Of a DNA stretch of 31,175 nucleotides, positions 16,975-26,395 are shown in pieces (the first letter of the stretch is position 1; every line of letters starts with the position of its first letter). This DNA is from a virus. Its lineage: Duplodnaviria > Heunggongvirae > Uroviricota > Caudoviricetes. The translations under genes and the position numbers were made by a program. The notes beneath the pieces are model-generated. The model saw only the letters and a list, made by a program, of their open reading frames with translations. It made no database searches and was not told the DNA's origin. Where the stretch lies: positions 1 to 31,175 of IMG/VR virus record IMGVR_UViG_2565956711_000006. One strand, written 5' to 3'.

Positions 16975-17823
16975 TTATGACGCCGCCTTCTGGCGGGCTG
17001 TCGTGGTTCTTTTCTTCGCTGCCGGCTTGCTTTTAGCGGCGGGCTTTTTGGTTTCCCGCTTCGCTTTTGGCTGGGCTGGCGGCGTTGCCGTCTGGGTTTC
17101 GGTGTTGTTTGCTTCTGGCTTGCCGTCTGCGCCCTCACCGTCAGCAGGTTGCCCGGACTTCTTAAGCGCACGTTGCAGAAGCTCAATATCACGGGTTACG
17201 CCTGCTTTTTTCGGGTTCAACACTGCCGCCTGGCGCAGGTATTCAACCGCAGCGGTAAGCGATTCAACGTTGTCAGTCAGGCGCAGCGTATACCCCAGCG
17301 CCTTAAGCAGCTTTGAGCGCACCTCATCCGGCATATCTTCGTTCAGGGTTAAGCCCCGTAACGCTTCCAGCAGGTCAGCGGCGACCGGCGCAACAGCCGG
17401 GTTAGCTTTGAATGCAGCCAGGACGGGATCGCAAATTTCTTCCACCAGTACGGTGGCAGTGGTGCGGCGATACTGATCCGGCATCGGCAACTTATGGCGC
17501 AAGACATACTGACCAATGCGCAGGGCTTCAGCGATGTTTCCGCAGTCACAGCACCAGATCATGACGGTGGTTAACACGTCGTCAGACTGGCCGGAATCTG
17601 CCGTAAGTACGCCTTCGATCCACGGCTGGTAGTCCGGCAGCAGTTCGCGTTTTAAATCCGCTTTAGCCTTCTGGGACTGGACACGGCTTAAACGGGCTTT
17701 ATCCAGTCGCAGGCGGTGAAGCATGGTTTCGTAGGCCGTCATTTCAAGCTGCGACGGCTCACGGCTGGCGTGGCGGCGTTCAGCCATCACGCGGTTAAAA
17801 TGTTGTTGAGCAGGTGTCAACAT
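16975..17823 (-). CDS. M: terminase small (endonuclease) subunit gpM
   Basis: 282 aa; P2 M-like position after N; SD GGGGG; long basic Lys/Ala/Pro-rich C-terminal tail. Confidence 0.82.
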   Translation of the reverse strand: MLTPAQQHFNRVMAERRHASREPSQLEMTAYETMLHRLRLDKARLSRVQSQKAKADLKRELLPDYQPWIEGVLTADSGQSDDVLTTVMIWCCDCGNIAEALRIGQYVLRHKLPMPDQYRRTTATVLVEEICDPVLAAFKANPAVAPVAADLLEALRGLTLNEDMPDEVRSKLLKALGYTLRLTDNVESLTAAVEYLRQAAVLNPKKAGVTRDIELLQRALKKSGQPADGEGADGKPEANNTETQTATPPAQPKAKRETKKPAAKSKPAAKKRTTTARQKAAS

Positions 17824-17865
17824 GATGCCCCCAAAGCGGCCAGCAGTTAGCTGGCCTGCGCTGAT

Positions 17866-18912
17866 TTATGGTGCCGGTGCTGGTTCGGCGGCGGTAATGC
17901 CTTCGATCAGACAGCCGAAGCCGTAATCTTCAACAACATAGGCATCATTTGACGAACTGTAAGTAGAGACGCGGTTATATTCCGGCTCTTCCACAATGCG
18001 GCGACGGTGCGCACCTTCCTGCCAGTAAATCGACAGGTTTTCCCACGAAGTGATAAACATGCTGCCATCAGGGAAGAAAGGCGCGATGAACGAAGGCAGG
18101 TTGCCGATCGTCTTACGCGATGCGATCAACTGACCGGCCAGCGCTTCGGAGTTCGGGTTATTGGTGCTGACAGCGTTGATGATCGGGAACGAACGGCTAA
18201 CCGTCAGGTTACGACCGGTGATCACCACCAGATTGGGCGAATCTTTGTACCACTCGTCCATCAGTGAGTTAACCGCGTCATAAACCAGCGAGTCGTAGTT
18301 ACCGTAATCACCTTTAGCGATCACCTGGTTGGAATCGTCGCGGCTGGTCACGGTGATATCTTTCATTACACGTTGCGGCGCGTTTGCGCGGTACTGTTGC
18401 AGCCAGCCGATGCCACAATCCTGCAAAAGCGGGTTGGCGTTGCGGTCTGACTTATCCGCGTAGCTGGTTCCGTTAAAGCCGATCATGATGCGATCAAGCG
18501 CGATACGCTGGATGATCTGATTGCTCAGACGCTGCTGGAAATCGTGGAATTTAGCCCAGGCATCAAGCTGCGCATAAGAGGCGAAAGTATCCGCGTTCAC
18601 CTTATTACAGGTGTACTTGTTTGAATCCAGCGCCGTGACGGAAACAGGCTGGCGGCGATCGGTGGTGGAATTGTTGGTGCTGGAGATCGGGCCGCTCACA
18701 CCCAGACCGATTTTTTCACCGGACTGATCGTTAACGCCGTAGATATTAATCTTCTTCAACATTTCGGAAGACTGCTGCACCTTGTCTTCAAGCGTCTGCT
18801 CAACGCTCGGATCAATGCTGAACGCCTTTGTTACGTGGGACTTATTGATGTGATTCAGTTCAGCTTGTCGCTCAAGATACGCATCAAACAATTCACGGGT
18901 AGAATTACGCAT
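17866..18912 (-). CDS. N: major capsid protein gpN
   Basis: 348 aa, P2 N-like size and position; SD AGGAAA upstream. Confidence 0.9.
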   Translation of the reverse strand: MRNSTRELFDAYLERQAELNHINKSHVTKAFSIDPSVEQTLEDKVQQSSEMLKKINIYGVNDQSGEKIGLGVSGPISSTNNSTTDRRQPVSVTALDSNKYTCNKVNADTFASYAQLDAWAKFHDFQQRLSNQIIQRIALDRIMIGFNGTSYADKSDRNANPLLQDCGIGWLQQYRANAPQRVMKDITVTSRDDSNQVIAKGDYGNYDSLVYDAVNSLMDEWYKDSPNLVVITGRNLTVSRSFPIINAVSTNNPNSEALAGQLIASRKTIGNLPSFIAPFFPDGSMFITSWENLSIYWQEGAHRRRIVEEPEYNRVSTYSSSNDAYVVEDYGFGCLIEGITAAEPAPAP

Positions 18913-18952
18913 AGTTATATTTCCTGTACTGTTCCTTCGTTACTGGCGGCGA

Positions 18953-19798
18953 TCAGCAGTCAGCAAGCTGGGCGTTAGAGTTTTCAGTTGCGCCGGTCGC
19001 TTCCGGGCGGCGGTATTTACTGGCGTCCTGGGTAGAAAGCTGCGCTTTCATCTCGTCGAACTCAGAGCGCAACTTATCCACCGCTTCGGCGGTCTGCTTG
19101 TTCTTAAGCTGCCCTGCGCTCAGTTTTTCCATCTTGTCCAGCAATTCACCCTGACTTTCCGCTACCAGTTCAACCGCCTGGCGGATATCGCCATTTTCAC
19201 GATCGAAGTGCTGGCGGGTTCCGGTCAGCATTTCCTTGATACGGGAAAAGAAATTCTTCCCGGTGTCGGACGCTGGCGGCTCTTCCTGCGCAAATTCGAG
19301 GGATGATTCCAGGGTTTCAGTGAAGAAGCATTCAGGTGCGTAGTGACGCGCAGCCAGTGGGTTGGCGCTGGCGTTCTGGGTGCAAAACTTCATCATTTCG
19401 GTGCCCAGGCTCGCCGGGTTATCGGTACAGGCCAGCCCCATAAGGTAGGCTTTTCCGGTGTCGGCAAAGGACGGATGCACCTCAATGCTATGGTAGATTT
19501 TCTGGCGTTTGCCTTTCAGTTCTACCAGTTCGTCCGTGGCGTCCACCTTCACCAGAAGCGCCAGTTTGCCCTTTAGCGGGCCCTCGGCAATCTCTTCTGC
19601 TTTGGCTTCAACCACGTCACCATACGCGCGGAAATCGCTTGTCGGCGACCAGCCTAAAATGTGCTCCAGATTGACGCGGGCGCCATATACCTGGGGATCG
19701 TACTGTTCGGCCATTTCGGTGATGTGCTGACGTTCCAGTACTCGACCGTCACAGGTTGCGCCCTCTACTGCGGCGCGGAAAAAATTTGTCATTGGCAT
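18953..19798 (-). CDS. O: capsid scaffolding protein gpO
   Basis: Start at ATG 19798 (MPMTNFFRAAVEGATCDGRVLERQHITEMAEQYDPQVYG...), which parallels the remembered P2 gpO N-terminus; the track's longer ORF extends upstream without support. Confidence 0.82.
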   Translation of the reverse strand: MPMTNFFRAAVEGATCDGRVLERQHITEMAEQYDPQVYGARVNLEHILGWSPTSDFRAYGDVVEAKAEEIAEGPLKGKLALLVKVDATDELVELKGKRQKIYHSIEVHPSFADTGKAYLMGLACTDNPASLGTEMMKFCTQNASANPLAARHYAPECFFTETLESSLEFAQEEPPASDTGKNFFSRIKEMLTGTRQHFDRENGDIRQAVELVAESQGELLDKMEKLSAGQLKNKQTAEAVDKLRSEFDEMKAQLSTQDASKYRRPEATGATENSNAQLADC

Positions 19799-19887
19799 GG
19801 TGACAAAGCTCCGGGTTGGTAAGCGATTGATATTAACCAGTGCCCCAATCATTCCCTTTGCGGCCGGAAGGCGCAAAGCCTTCACTT

Positions 19888-19905
19888 TGTCGGACTCAGG
19901 CGACA
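19888..19905. promoter_or_regulatory. TGT-N12-ACA dyad in the divergent O / P late-promoter region
   Basis: tgt cggactcaggcg aca; centre 19896.5, which is 98.5 bp from the O ATG and 55.5 bp from the P ATG. Confidence 0.5.
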
Positions 19906-19951
19906 ACCAGCGGCGATATTGTTGCGCGCGCGAGCGCGATAGCCTGTTGCC

Positions 19952-21664
19952 ATGAATACAGCCGAAGACCTCAGCACAAAAGCCAAAAGCCTCTACTGGC
20001 AGGCGTTTAGCATCACTCAGATTTCTAAGGAAATCGGGGTGAGCATTAACACGATCTACAGTTGGCGCCGCCGCTATGAATGGGATAAAGCTACCCCCAT
20101 GCAGCGGGTGCAGGATCGCACGCACGTTCGTTACCTGCGCCTGGTGGAAAAGGACGACAAAACCCCGAAGGACTTTAAAGAAATTGACCTGCTGGCGCGC
20201 CAGCTTGACCGCTTTGAACGGCATGAGCGACGCGACCAGGAGAAAGAGAAGAAGGCGAAGACCCCGAAAAACCATTTCACCGAAGAACAGATAACTCAGC
20301 TTCGCGCCCTGATCTTTGATTCGCTATACGAGCATCAAAAACGCTGGTTCAAACAGTGGAACCGGCGTAACCGCTTTATCCTCAAATCGCGCCAGATTGG
20401 TGCCACCTGGTACTTTGCCCGCGAAGCGCTGTTGCGTGCGCTGGAAACCGGAAATAATCAGATATTCCTGTCAGCCAGCCGCGCCCAGGCGTTCCAGTTC
20501 AAGCGGTTCATTCAGAAGCTGGCAAGGGAAATAGGAGTAGAACTTAAGGGCGGTGATGCCATTGAGTTAAGCAACGGTGCGATCCTGTATTTTCTCGGCA
20601 CCTCCGCCGCGACGGCCCAGAGCTACACCGGCGATCTGTACCTTGATGAAGCCTTCTGGATCAGTAATTTCATCAAACTGCGCTCGGTGGCCGCAGGCAT
20701 GGCGACACAAAAAGGACTGCGCCGCACCTACTTTTCGACGCCTTCCAGTGAAGAACATGAAGCCTATCCCTTCTGGACTGGCGATCAGTTCAATGAAAGC
20801 CGCCGCCGATCCGATCGGGTGGATATCGACACCAGTTATAAGGCACTGAAAAACGGCAAGCTATGCGGGGATAACATCTGGCGCCAGATAGTCACGCTGG
20901 AAGACGCCATGAAGCTCGGTTTCGATCTGGTTGATATTGATGAAATCCGTAGCGAAAACTCCCTTGACGAATACGCCAACCTGTACGGATGTACCTTCGT
21001 TAAAGCAGGGGAACGCGCCTTCGACTACAACACAATTTTGGGCTGCGGCGTTGATGGCTACATGCCGGACGCGTGGCCGGACTGGAACCCGTTTGCACCT
21101 CGCCCGCTGGGTAATCGCCCTGTCTGGGTTAGCTATGACCCCAACGGCAGCAGCGGCAAAGGCGACAGCGCCGGGCTGGTTGTGCTGGCCCCGCCAGCCG
21201 TGCCGGGTGGCAAGTTCCGCGCGGTAGAACGCCACCAGTTACGCGGCATGGAGTACGAAGAGCAGGCCAAATTTATTAAAGAGATCACCACCCGCTACAA
21301 CGTGCAGCACATTGCTATCGACGGCACAGGGATCGGCGATGCGGTTTATCAACTGGTGATCAAGTTCTTCCCGCAGGCGGTTAAATACAACTATTCACCG
21401 GTTCTTAAGCGGTCGATGGTGCTCAAAATGTTGATGGTCATTCGTGCCGGGCGCTTTGAGTTCGACGCCGGAATGATGGATCTCGCACAGTCGTTTATGA
21501 CCGTGCGTAAAGTCACCGCAGGCGGCGTTATTACCTACCAGTCCGATCGGGCCCGTGGCAGCAATCACGGCGATCTGGCATGGGCAACTATGCAGGGCAT
21601 TTACAACGAACCGATCGGCGCGGAAGTGACCGGCGATAACGGCAGTTTTGTGGAGGAGTTTTAA
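19952..21664 (+). CDS. P: terminase large (ATPase) subunit gpP
   Basis: 570 aa; N-terminal HTH-like segment then ATPase and nuclease regions; divergent from O as in P2. Confidence 0.9.
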   Translation: MNTAEDLSTKAKSLYWQAFSITQISKEIGVSINTIYSWRRRYEWDKATPMQRVQDRTHVRYLRLVEKDDKTPKDFKEIDLLARQLDRFERHERRDQEKEKKAKTPKNHFTEEQITQLRALIFDSLYEHQKRWFKQWNRRNRFILKSRQIGATWYFAREALLRALETGNNQIFLSASRAQAFQFKRFIQKLAREIGVELKGGDAIELSNGAILYFLGTSAATAQSYTGDLYLDEAFWISNFIKLRSVAAGMATQKGLRRTYFSTPSSEEHEAYPFWTGDQFNESRRRSDRVDIDTSYKALKNGKLCGDNIWRQIVTLEDAMKLGFDLVDIDEIRSENSLDEYANLYGCTFVKAGERAFDYNTILGCGVDGYMPDAWPDWNPFAPRPLGNRPVWVSYDPNGSSGKGDSAGLVVLAPPAVPGGKFRAVERHQLRGMEYEEQAKFIKEITTRYNVQHIAIDGTGIGDAVYQLVIKFFPQAVKYNYSPVLKRSMVLKMLMVIRAGRFEFDAGMMDLAQSFMTVRKVTAGGVITYQSDRARGSNHGDLAWATMQGIYNEPIGAEVTGDNGSFVEEF

Positions 21665-22714
21665 TTGAGCGGCAAAAAAAAATTCAGGGCGCCAACTGCT
21701 GCGCCAGCCAGCACGGCCAGCAACGCAGCCACCCCGCTGGAAAGCGTGGAATCTTTCAGCTTTGGCGACCCGATCGCAGTCAACGATCGCGCGTCTCTTA
21801 TGGAGTGCCTCGAATGCCATAACAATGGCCGCTGGTATGAACCACCGATCAGCCCCTACGGGCTGGCGCGCATGTTCGACGTTGCCGCCTATCACCAGTC
21901 ACCGCTGATATTTAAACGCAATGTTATCGCCAGTTGCTACATACCGCACCCGCTGTTGACCCGGCAGGAGTTCACCGCCTGGGTGCAGGATTATTTAATT
22001 TTCGGTAACTGTTACATGGAATGCCGCCGCAACCGACTCGGCCAGCCGATCGAGCTGCGGCACAGCCAGGCAAAATATACGCGGCGCGGCATAGACCCGG
22101 CGCAATTCTGGTTTGTTCCGCGCTACGTTGACGATCACGCGTTCGAACCGGGCAGCGTCTGCCAGATCAAGAACCCCAGCCCGCACCAGGAGATCTACGG
22201 TGCGCCGGAATATCTGGCCGCGCTACAAAGCGCCATGCTGAACGGTGAAGCAACGGTGTTCCGCCGCAACTACTACATTAACGGCAGTCATGCGGGTGTG
22301 ATCGTCTACCTCACTGACCCGGTGGCGAATAATAACGATGTGGAAAAGCTTAAGAAGTCGCTGAAAGATGCACGCGGCAACGGTGCTTTTAAAAACCTGT
22401 TTGTCTACGCGGCGGGCGGGAAAAAAGACGGCCTGCAAATTATGCCGTTCAGCCAGGTGGCGGCGAAGGATGAGTTTACCGGCATCAAAGACGCCACCCG
22501 CGACGACCTGTTAGCCGCGCACCGCGTGCCGCCCGTTCTGATGGGGGTAATGCCGAATAACTCCGGTGGCTTCGGCGACGTAGAGAAAGCGGCGAAGGTG
22601 TTTTCCATCAACGAACTGGCCCCGATACAAGAAAGCCTGAAAGAGTTAAACGACTGGCTGGGGATCGACGTGGTGCGCTTCAACCCTTACGCACTGTTGC
22701 AGGCAGCAATCTGA
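21665..22714 (+). CDS. Q: portal protein gpQ
   Basis: 349 aa; starts at TTG 21665 directly after the terminase TAA, with SD GGAGGAG 8 nt upstream. Confidence 0.88.
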   Translation: MSGKKKFRAPTAAPASTASNAATPLESVESFSFGDPIAVNDRASLMECLECHNNGRWYEPPISPYGLARMFDVAAYHQSPLIFKRNVIASCYIPHPLLTRQEFTAWVQDYLIFGNCYMECRRNRLGQPIELRHSQAKYTRRGIDPAQFWFVPRYVDDHAFEPGSVCQIKNPSPHQEIYGAPEYLAALQSAMLNGEATVFRRNYYINGSHAGVIVYLTDPVANNNDVEKLKKSLKDARGNGAFKNLFVYAAGGKKDGLQIMPFSQVAAKDEFTGIKDATRDDLLAAHRVPPVLMGVMPNNSGGFGDVEKAAKVFSINELAPIQESLKELNDWLGIDVVRFNPYALLQAAI

Positions 22715-22784
22715 CGCCAGCCCGGACACACCCACCACCACCGCGCAAAGGCCTACACGGCCATAACTGACCACACCGCACGTA

Positions 22785-22822
22785 AGCCCCTCAGCAGCCT
22801 GCTGGCAGGGGCTTTTCTTTTT
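22785..22822 (+). terminator. candidate intrinsic terminator after the P-Q operon
   Basis: GC-rich imperfect hairpin agcccctcagcagcctgctggcaggggc followed by ttttctttttcc. Confidence 0.45.
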
Positions 22823-22924
22823 CCTCAACCCACCACGGCGAACCGAAAACGACGTAGCAGCGAGGCGCAGCGGCGCGAAAATCGGCGCAGATAATACCGA
22901 CCCTATCCCACCCCTCAGCGCGCG

Positions 22925-22943
22925 CTCATTCCCCCGCCTCGCC
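22925..22943. other. candidate cos (cohesive end) site
   Basis: The minus strand reads GGCGAGGCGGGGGAATGAGC; the first 12 nt match my recollection of the P2 19-nt cohesive end (GGCGAGGCGGGGAAAGCAC); lies just past the Q 3' end as in P2. Confidence 0.5.
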
Positions 22944-23092
22944 CGCACGCAGAAACCCCGCTTTTTTGTGCAAATGTGCAGACCAGCGGAAGGCCCGCCC
23001 CGTCTGGTCTGCTCCTGAAAAATCACCATCATAAAATTTGTGCGGTTTTGCGCGAAATTTTGCACTGATTTTCAGCACTCCCGCAAAGCCAT

Positions 23093-23809
23093 TCACTGGC
23101 CTGCGTTAACCATGGCGGCGCGGCAGGCGTTCCATCCAATTTTTTGCTGAACGGTGCCGAATTGGCACAGCATTGCAGCGACCGCCATGAATGAGCCGAA
23201 CTCGTAATAGTTTGCCGGATCATTTCCCTGGTAATGACCCCCAACATGTTCAGCCCACTGCCCAAGTGTCCAGTTGAAGCGTTCGCTATGTTGCTCGTCC
23301 GGCAGCGATACCGGCGCTGGCTCAGTTTTCCAGCCGTGATACCACATAAATGCACAGTAAGCGGCAACATCCCGGGGGTCTCCCTTAGCTATATGCTGTT
23401 GAAAGTCTGCCTGGCATTGGCTTGGCCAACCATCTTGTTTCCAGTCCGCGTCATAGCCATATTTTAATTGAGCCTTGTACAACTTCTCAGCCAGGGCGGA
23501 GCTGAAGTCGGTCACCAGTTTCAGCGTATCAGGATGAAGCTCTGCCGGAACTACCGGCGCTGGCGTGGCGGAGTATAGCGGGGCGATATTTCTTTCCAGA
23601 TCGGTAATTACGCTCCATACAGGAATAGATTCAACACCCTGCTTAGCCATATCGCGGTAACTGTCTGCATAGGCCAGCACGGGATTTCGCCCTGACTCCT
23701 CCGCTTCGAGCGATGCCAGCGCGATACGCGCCAGCTCCTCCACCTCATCAAAGTTATATCCGCCGCCTGCTGCAATTTTTGCTGCGCGTTCTCTGGTAAT
23801 TTTGCTCAT
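23093..23809 (-). CDS. hypothetical protein, 238 aa, downstream of replication gene A
   Basis: Start at ATG 23809 (MSKITRERAAK...) with SD AGGAG; no family recognised; last gene before cos. Confidence 0.6.
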   Translation of the reverse strand: MSKITRERAAKIAAGGGYNFDEVEELARIALASLEAEESGRNPVLAYADSYRDMAKQGVESIPVWSVITDLERNIAPLYSATPAPVVPAELHPDTLKLVTDFSSALAEKLYKAQLKYGYDADWKQDGWPSQCQADFQQHIAKGDPRDVAAYCAFMWYHGWKTEPAPVSLPDEQHSERFNWTLGQWAEHVGGHYQGNDPANYYEFGSFMAVAAMLCQFGTVQQKIGWNACRAAMVNAGQ

Positions 23810-23861
23810 GCTGTCACTCCTGTTTCTTCTGAAAATGAATAAGCGAAGCCCCGGCACGCTG

Positions 23862-26219
23862 TTATGACGCACCGTTAAAGGCTTTTTTCATTCGGTTAAT
23901 AAGACTATTTGTCTGTTGCTTCGCCGCCATCACCTGCGACGGCAGCTTATCCAGCCCCGACGCGGCGCGGTTGCGCGATACCAGCCGCCCATCCTGCACT
24001 GTCATAACAAGATCGCCGCACGCCACTGACGCACCGGCCATCATCGATCTGACCATTCCGGCGCTGGCATCAATCCCACGCAGCGCCAGCAGTTCACTGA
24101 TCTGCTGCTCTTTCACGGATATCCCGGCCCCGTCTTCCCGTTCCGGTGGCCGTTTTTTCCGCTTACTTCGCACATCGTCACTTAGCCTCTGTGCCAGTTC
24201 CCGCTTTTCCTGCCGTGAAAGAGCATCAAAATTCACCGTCTCGCCCACTTCGTGATCGGCATGTTCAAGACCGTCAGCACCTGTCGCGGGATCCCGCGTA
24301 CAGTTATTGACAGAACTCCGAGGGGCGGCGTTGCCGCCTGAAAAACCAACGTCAACGGCCACACCGTCAGCGCTCTGGCGCTTCGGCACGATTTTGTATT
24401 GAGTGGTGCGGGTGAAGATCAAAGAGTCATTGCCCGTAATCGGGCAGTAAATACCAGTGATTCGCTGGACGTTATCGCCGTAGGCGTTGCCGTTTTCAGT
24501 GGTTTCATAATTCAGACGGATGCGCAGCTTATCGCGCTCAACCAACGGGCCACCCTGGGCTAATACGTAGTTATCCCATTCGCCACCGTTAGCGGCCTGC
24601 CGGGCGGTTTCCAGTTCAGGGTGTAACACCAGTTCGCGATCGCCCAAGCGGCGAAGTTCGCGATATACCGTGACCGGCGCACCGCCGATCTGCTGAAACT
24701 GACGAATAGCCCAGCGCGATGCCCACGCGCTAACGCGGAGTGACATTTCTTTCAGGTCTTCCCCGGTTTCGTCGTCCTTCTCACCATCCAGCGCGAAGCC
24801 GTCGATATTCTTCGAAATGTATTTCGCTATGTAGCCAGTTGCGCTGCCGTGGGCATCGTCGATCGGCACGACCTGAAAGCGGTTTTCCTGCGCTCCCGGT
24901 TCGTTGCCGTCTTCTTTCAGGGCATATTTACGGAAGATTTCGCGCGCCTGCTCGACGCATTCCGGGCGCATAAAAAGAAGCAAATGCCAGTGTGGCGTTG
25001 CATCGTGGTGCGGTTCGACCACGCGGAAACCAAAGACGCGGATCCCTTTTCTCTTCCATGCGGCGCGGGTTCTCGCCCAGACTTTGCAAAGATATTGCTG
25101 TGTCTCACGCGGCGACGCGCCACAGTATTTGTTATTACGGCGCCCGTTATGCTGCATAGCGTGATAGCGGGAAGGCGCTGTCAGCGTGTAGAAGTCACCG
25201 GCCAGCCCTTCCAGCTTCGCCAGATCTTCAAATCCGCGCATTCTCGTCATGAGTTCGCGGCGACGGTTGGCCGGATTGGCAACACTGCCGGCGACTTTAT
25301 CGATCAGCGAAATGCGCTCGCCCGTGTCCTGGTCTTCCAGTTCCATAGCCTTGAGGTATTCACGGTTAGCTTTTTTCTGGGCCAGCCATTCCGTAAGGCA
25401 CGGGGCGCTACTGTATGGGGAGGATTTTTTCTGGACGTATCCCGCTGCGATCATCAAATGCTCACGCCACCGGGCATGGATACGGCGCAGGCGGTTTAAC
25501 CACCACTGCGGTGACTCAAGACGGAGAACTGCGCGTAACGCGTCCTCCGCTTCAAGTTCTTCATTGCAATAAGCTGTCCAACCGGGGATCGGCGTTTTCA
25601 GATGCACTGCCAGCGATGCAATACGGCCATAGCCAGAAAGCGCCGCGAACTCAGGATCGCCGGTGCGCACCAACTGGTGATCGGACTCGCGTATAAACTC
25701 GCTCGTAAAGATATCGGCAAGCGTATAAGCCAGTCTTTTTAACTCTTTTTTCCCTGCCCAGAGCATACGGAAAAGCTGATCGCGAATTGGCAGCAGAATG
25801 CCGGGCATCACAGTATCAGGCTGGTAAACACTGTTCACGCTATCAATACGCGTTAATACGTGGCGCTCAAAGGTGTTAAGCAGCCAGTGATCTGCCGCTT
25901 TGCGGTCTTTCACATCCAGCGCATCAAGCTTCGCTGCAAAGTGGCGGCGGACATATTGCGGAAGAGAAGCCAGACGGCGACGCAGCAGCTTACTGCGTTC
26001 CGGCTTTTCGTCCTCCGCTACCAGTTCACTGAACGCAATATGCTTACGCGTGCCGTCCGGCATGAGATAGTCGAAACCATCCAGCCCCGGCGCTACATCA
26101 ACGCCAATCGGCTGGTATGATTTGTTCCCGCCATAAGCGTAAGGGATAGCATTGTCAGTGCTACCCGGATACGGTGGAGGTGGAGAAGGGGCGCGACGGC
26201 CACGGGTTGCCGTGGTCAT
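23862..26219 (-). CDS. A: replication initiation protein gpA (rolling-circle nicking endonuclease)
   Basis: 785 aa; contains ATPHWHLLLF (HUH-type) and GYIAKYISKN (catalytic Tyr) motifs typical of P2 A family. Confidence 0.92.
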   Translation of the reverse strand: MTTATRGRRAPSPPPPYPGSTDNAIPYAYGGNKSYQPIGVDVAPGLDGFDYLMPDGTRKHIAFSELVAEDEKPERSKLLRRRLASLPQYVRRHFAAKLDALDVKDRKAADHWLLNTFERHVLTRIDSVNSVYQPDTVMPGILLPIRDQLFRMLWAGKKELKRLAYTLADIFTSEFIRESDHQLVRTGDPEFAALSGYGRIASLAVHLKTPIPGWTAYCNEELEAEDALRAVLRLESPQWWLNRLRRIHARWREHLMIAAGYVQKKSSPYSSAPCLTEWLAQKKANREYLKAMELEDQDTGERISLIDKVAGSVANPANRRRELMTRMRGFEDLAKLEGLAGDFYTLTAPSRYHAMQHNGRRNNKYCGASPRETQQYLCKVWARTRAAWKRKGIRVFGFRVVEPHHDATPHWHLLLFMRPECVEQAREIFRKYALKEDGNEPGAQENRFQVVPIDDAHGSATGYIAKYISKNIDGFALDGEKDDETGEDLKEMSLRVSAWASRWAIRQFQQIGGAPVTVYRELRRLGDRELVLHPELETARQAANGGEWDNYVLAQGGPLVERDKLRIRLNYETTENGNAYGDNVQRITGIYCPITGNDSLIFTRTTQYKIVPKRQSADGVAVDVGFSGGNAAPRSSVNNCTRDPATGADGLEHADHEVGETVNFDALSRQEKRELAQRLSDDVRSKRKKRPPEREDGAGISVKEQQISELLALRGIDASAGMVRSMMAGASVACGDLVMTVQDGRLVSRNRAASGLDKLPSQVMAAKQQTNSLINRMKKAFNGAS

Positions 26220-26395
26220 ATTTGAACTACATCCCCTACTTTAACGGCTTTGGCTTCCTCTTCTGATTTCTTCAGAATTGTGGTTATTGACTCCCTTCCA
26301 TAAGCTGTTACTTTCGCCTCAACCAACCAATACGGCACAATCTCGCCACGACTCACGCTTATGATTTCAACGATCCAGGCGTCTACAAGATTCAT
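26216..26395 (-). CDS. hypothetical small protein (59 aa) coupled between dam and A
   Basis: Not in the ORF track (below cut-off); ATG overlaps dam stop (TAATG) and its TGA overlaps the A ATG (ATGA); MNLVDAWIVEIISVSRGEIVPYWLVEAKV... Confidence 0.45.
   Translation of the reverse strand: MNLVDAWIVEIISVSRGEIVPYWLVEAKVTAYGRESITTILKKSEEEAKAVKVGDVVQI

Noticed and set aside
966-22714. Alternative reading of the structural region as a tailocin (phage-tail-like bacteriocin)
   Set aside because: Capsid, scaffold, portal, both terminase subunits, a cos-like site, replication gene A, repressor and integrase are all present, so this is a prophage.
22646-23065. 139-aa minus-strand ORF spanning the Q 3' end, the putative terminator and the cos-like site
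   Set aside because: Overlaps the portal gene and a non-coding packaging region; Arg/Gly-rich low-complexity translation; no SD.
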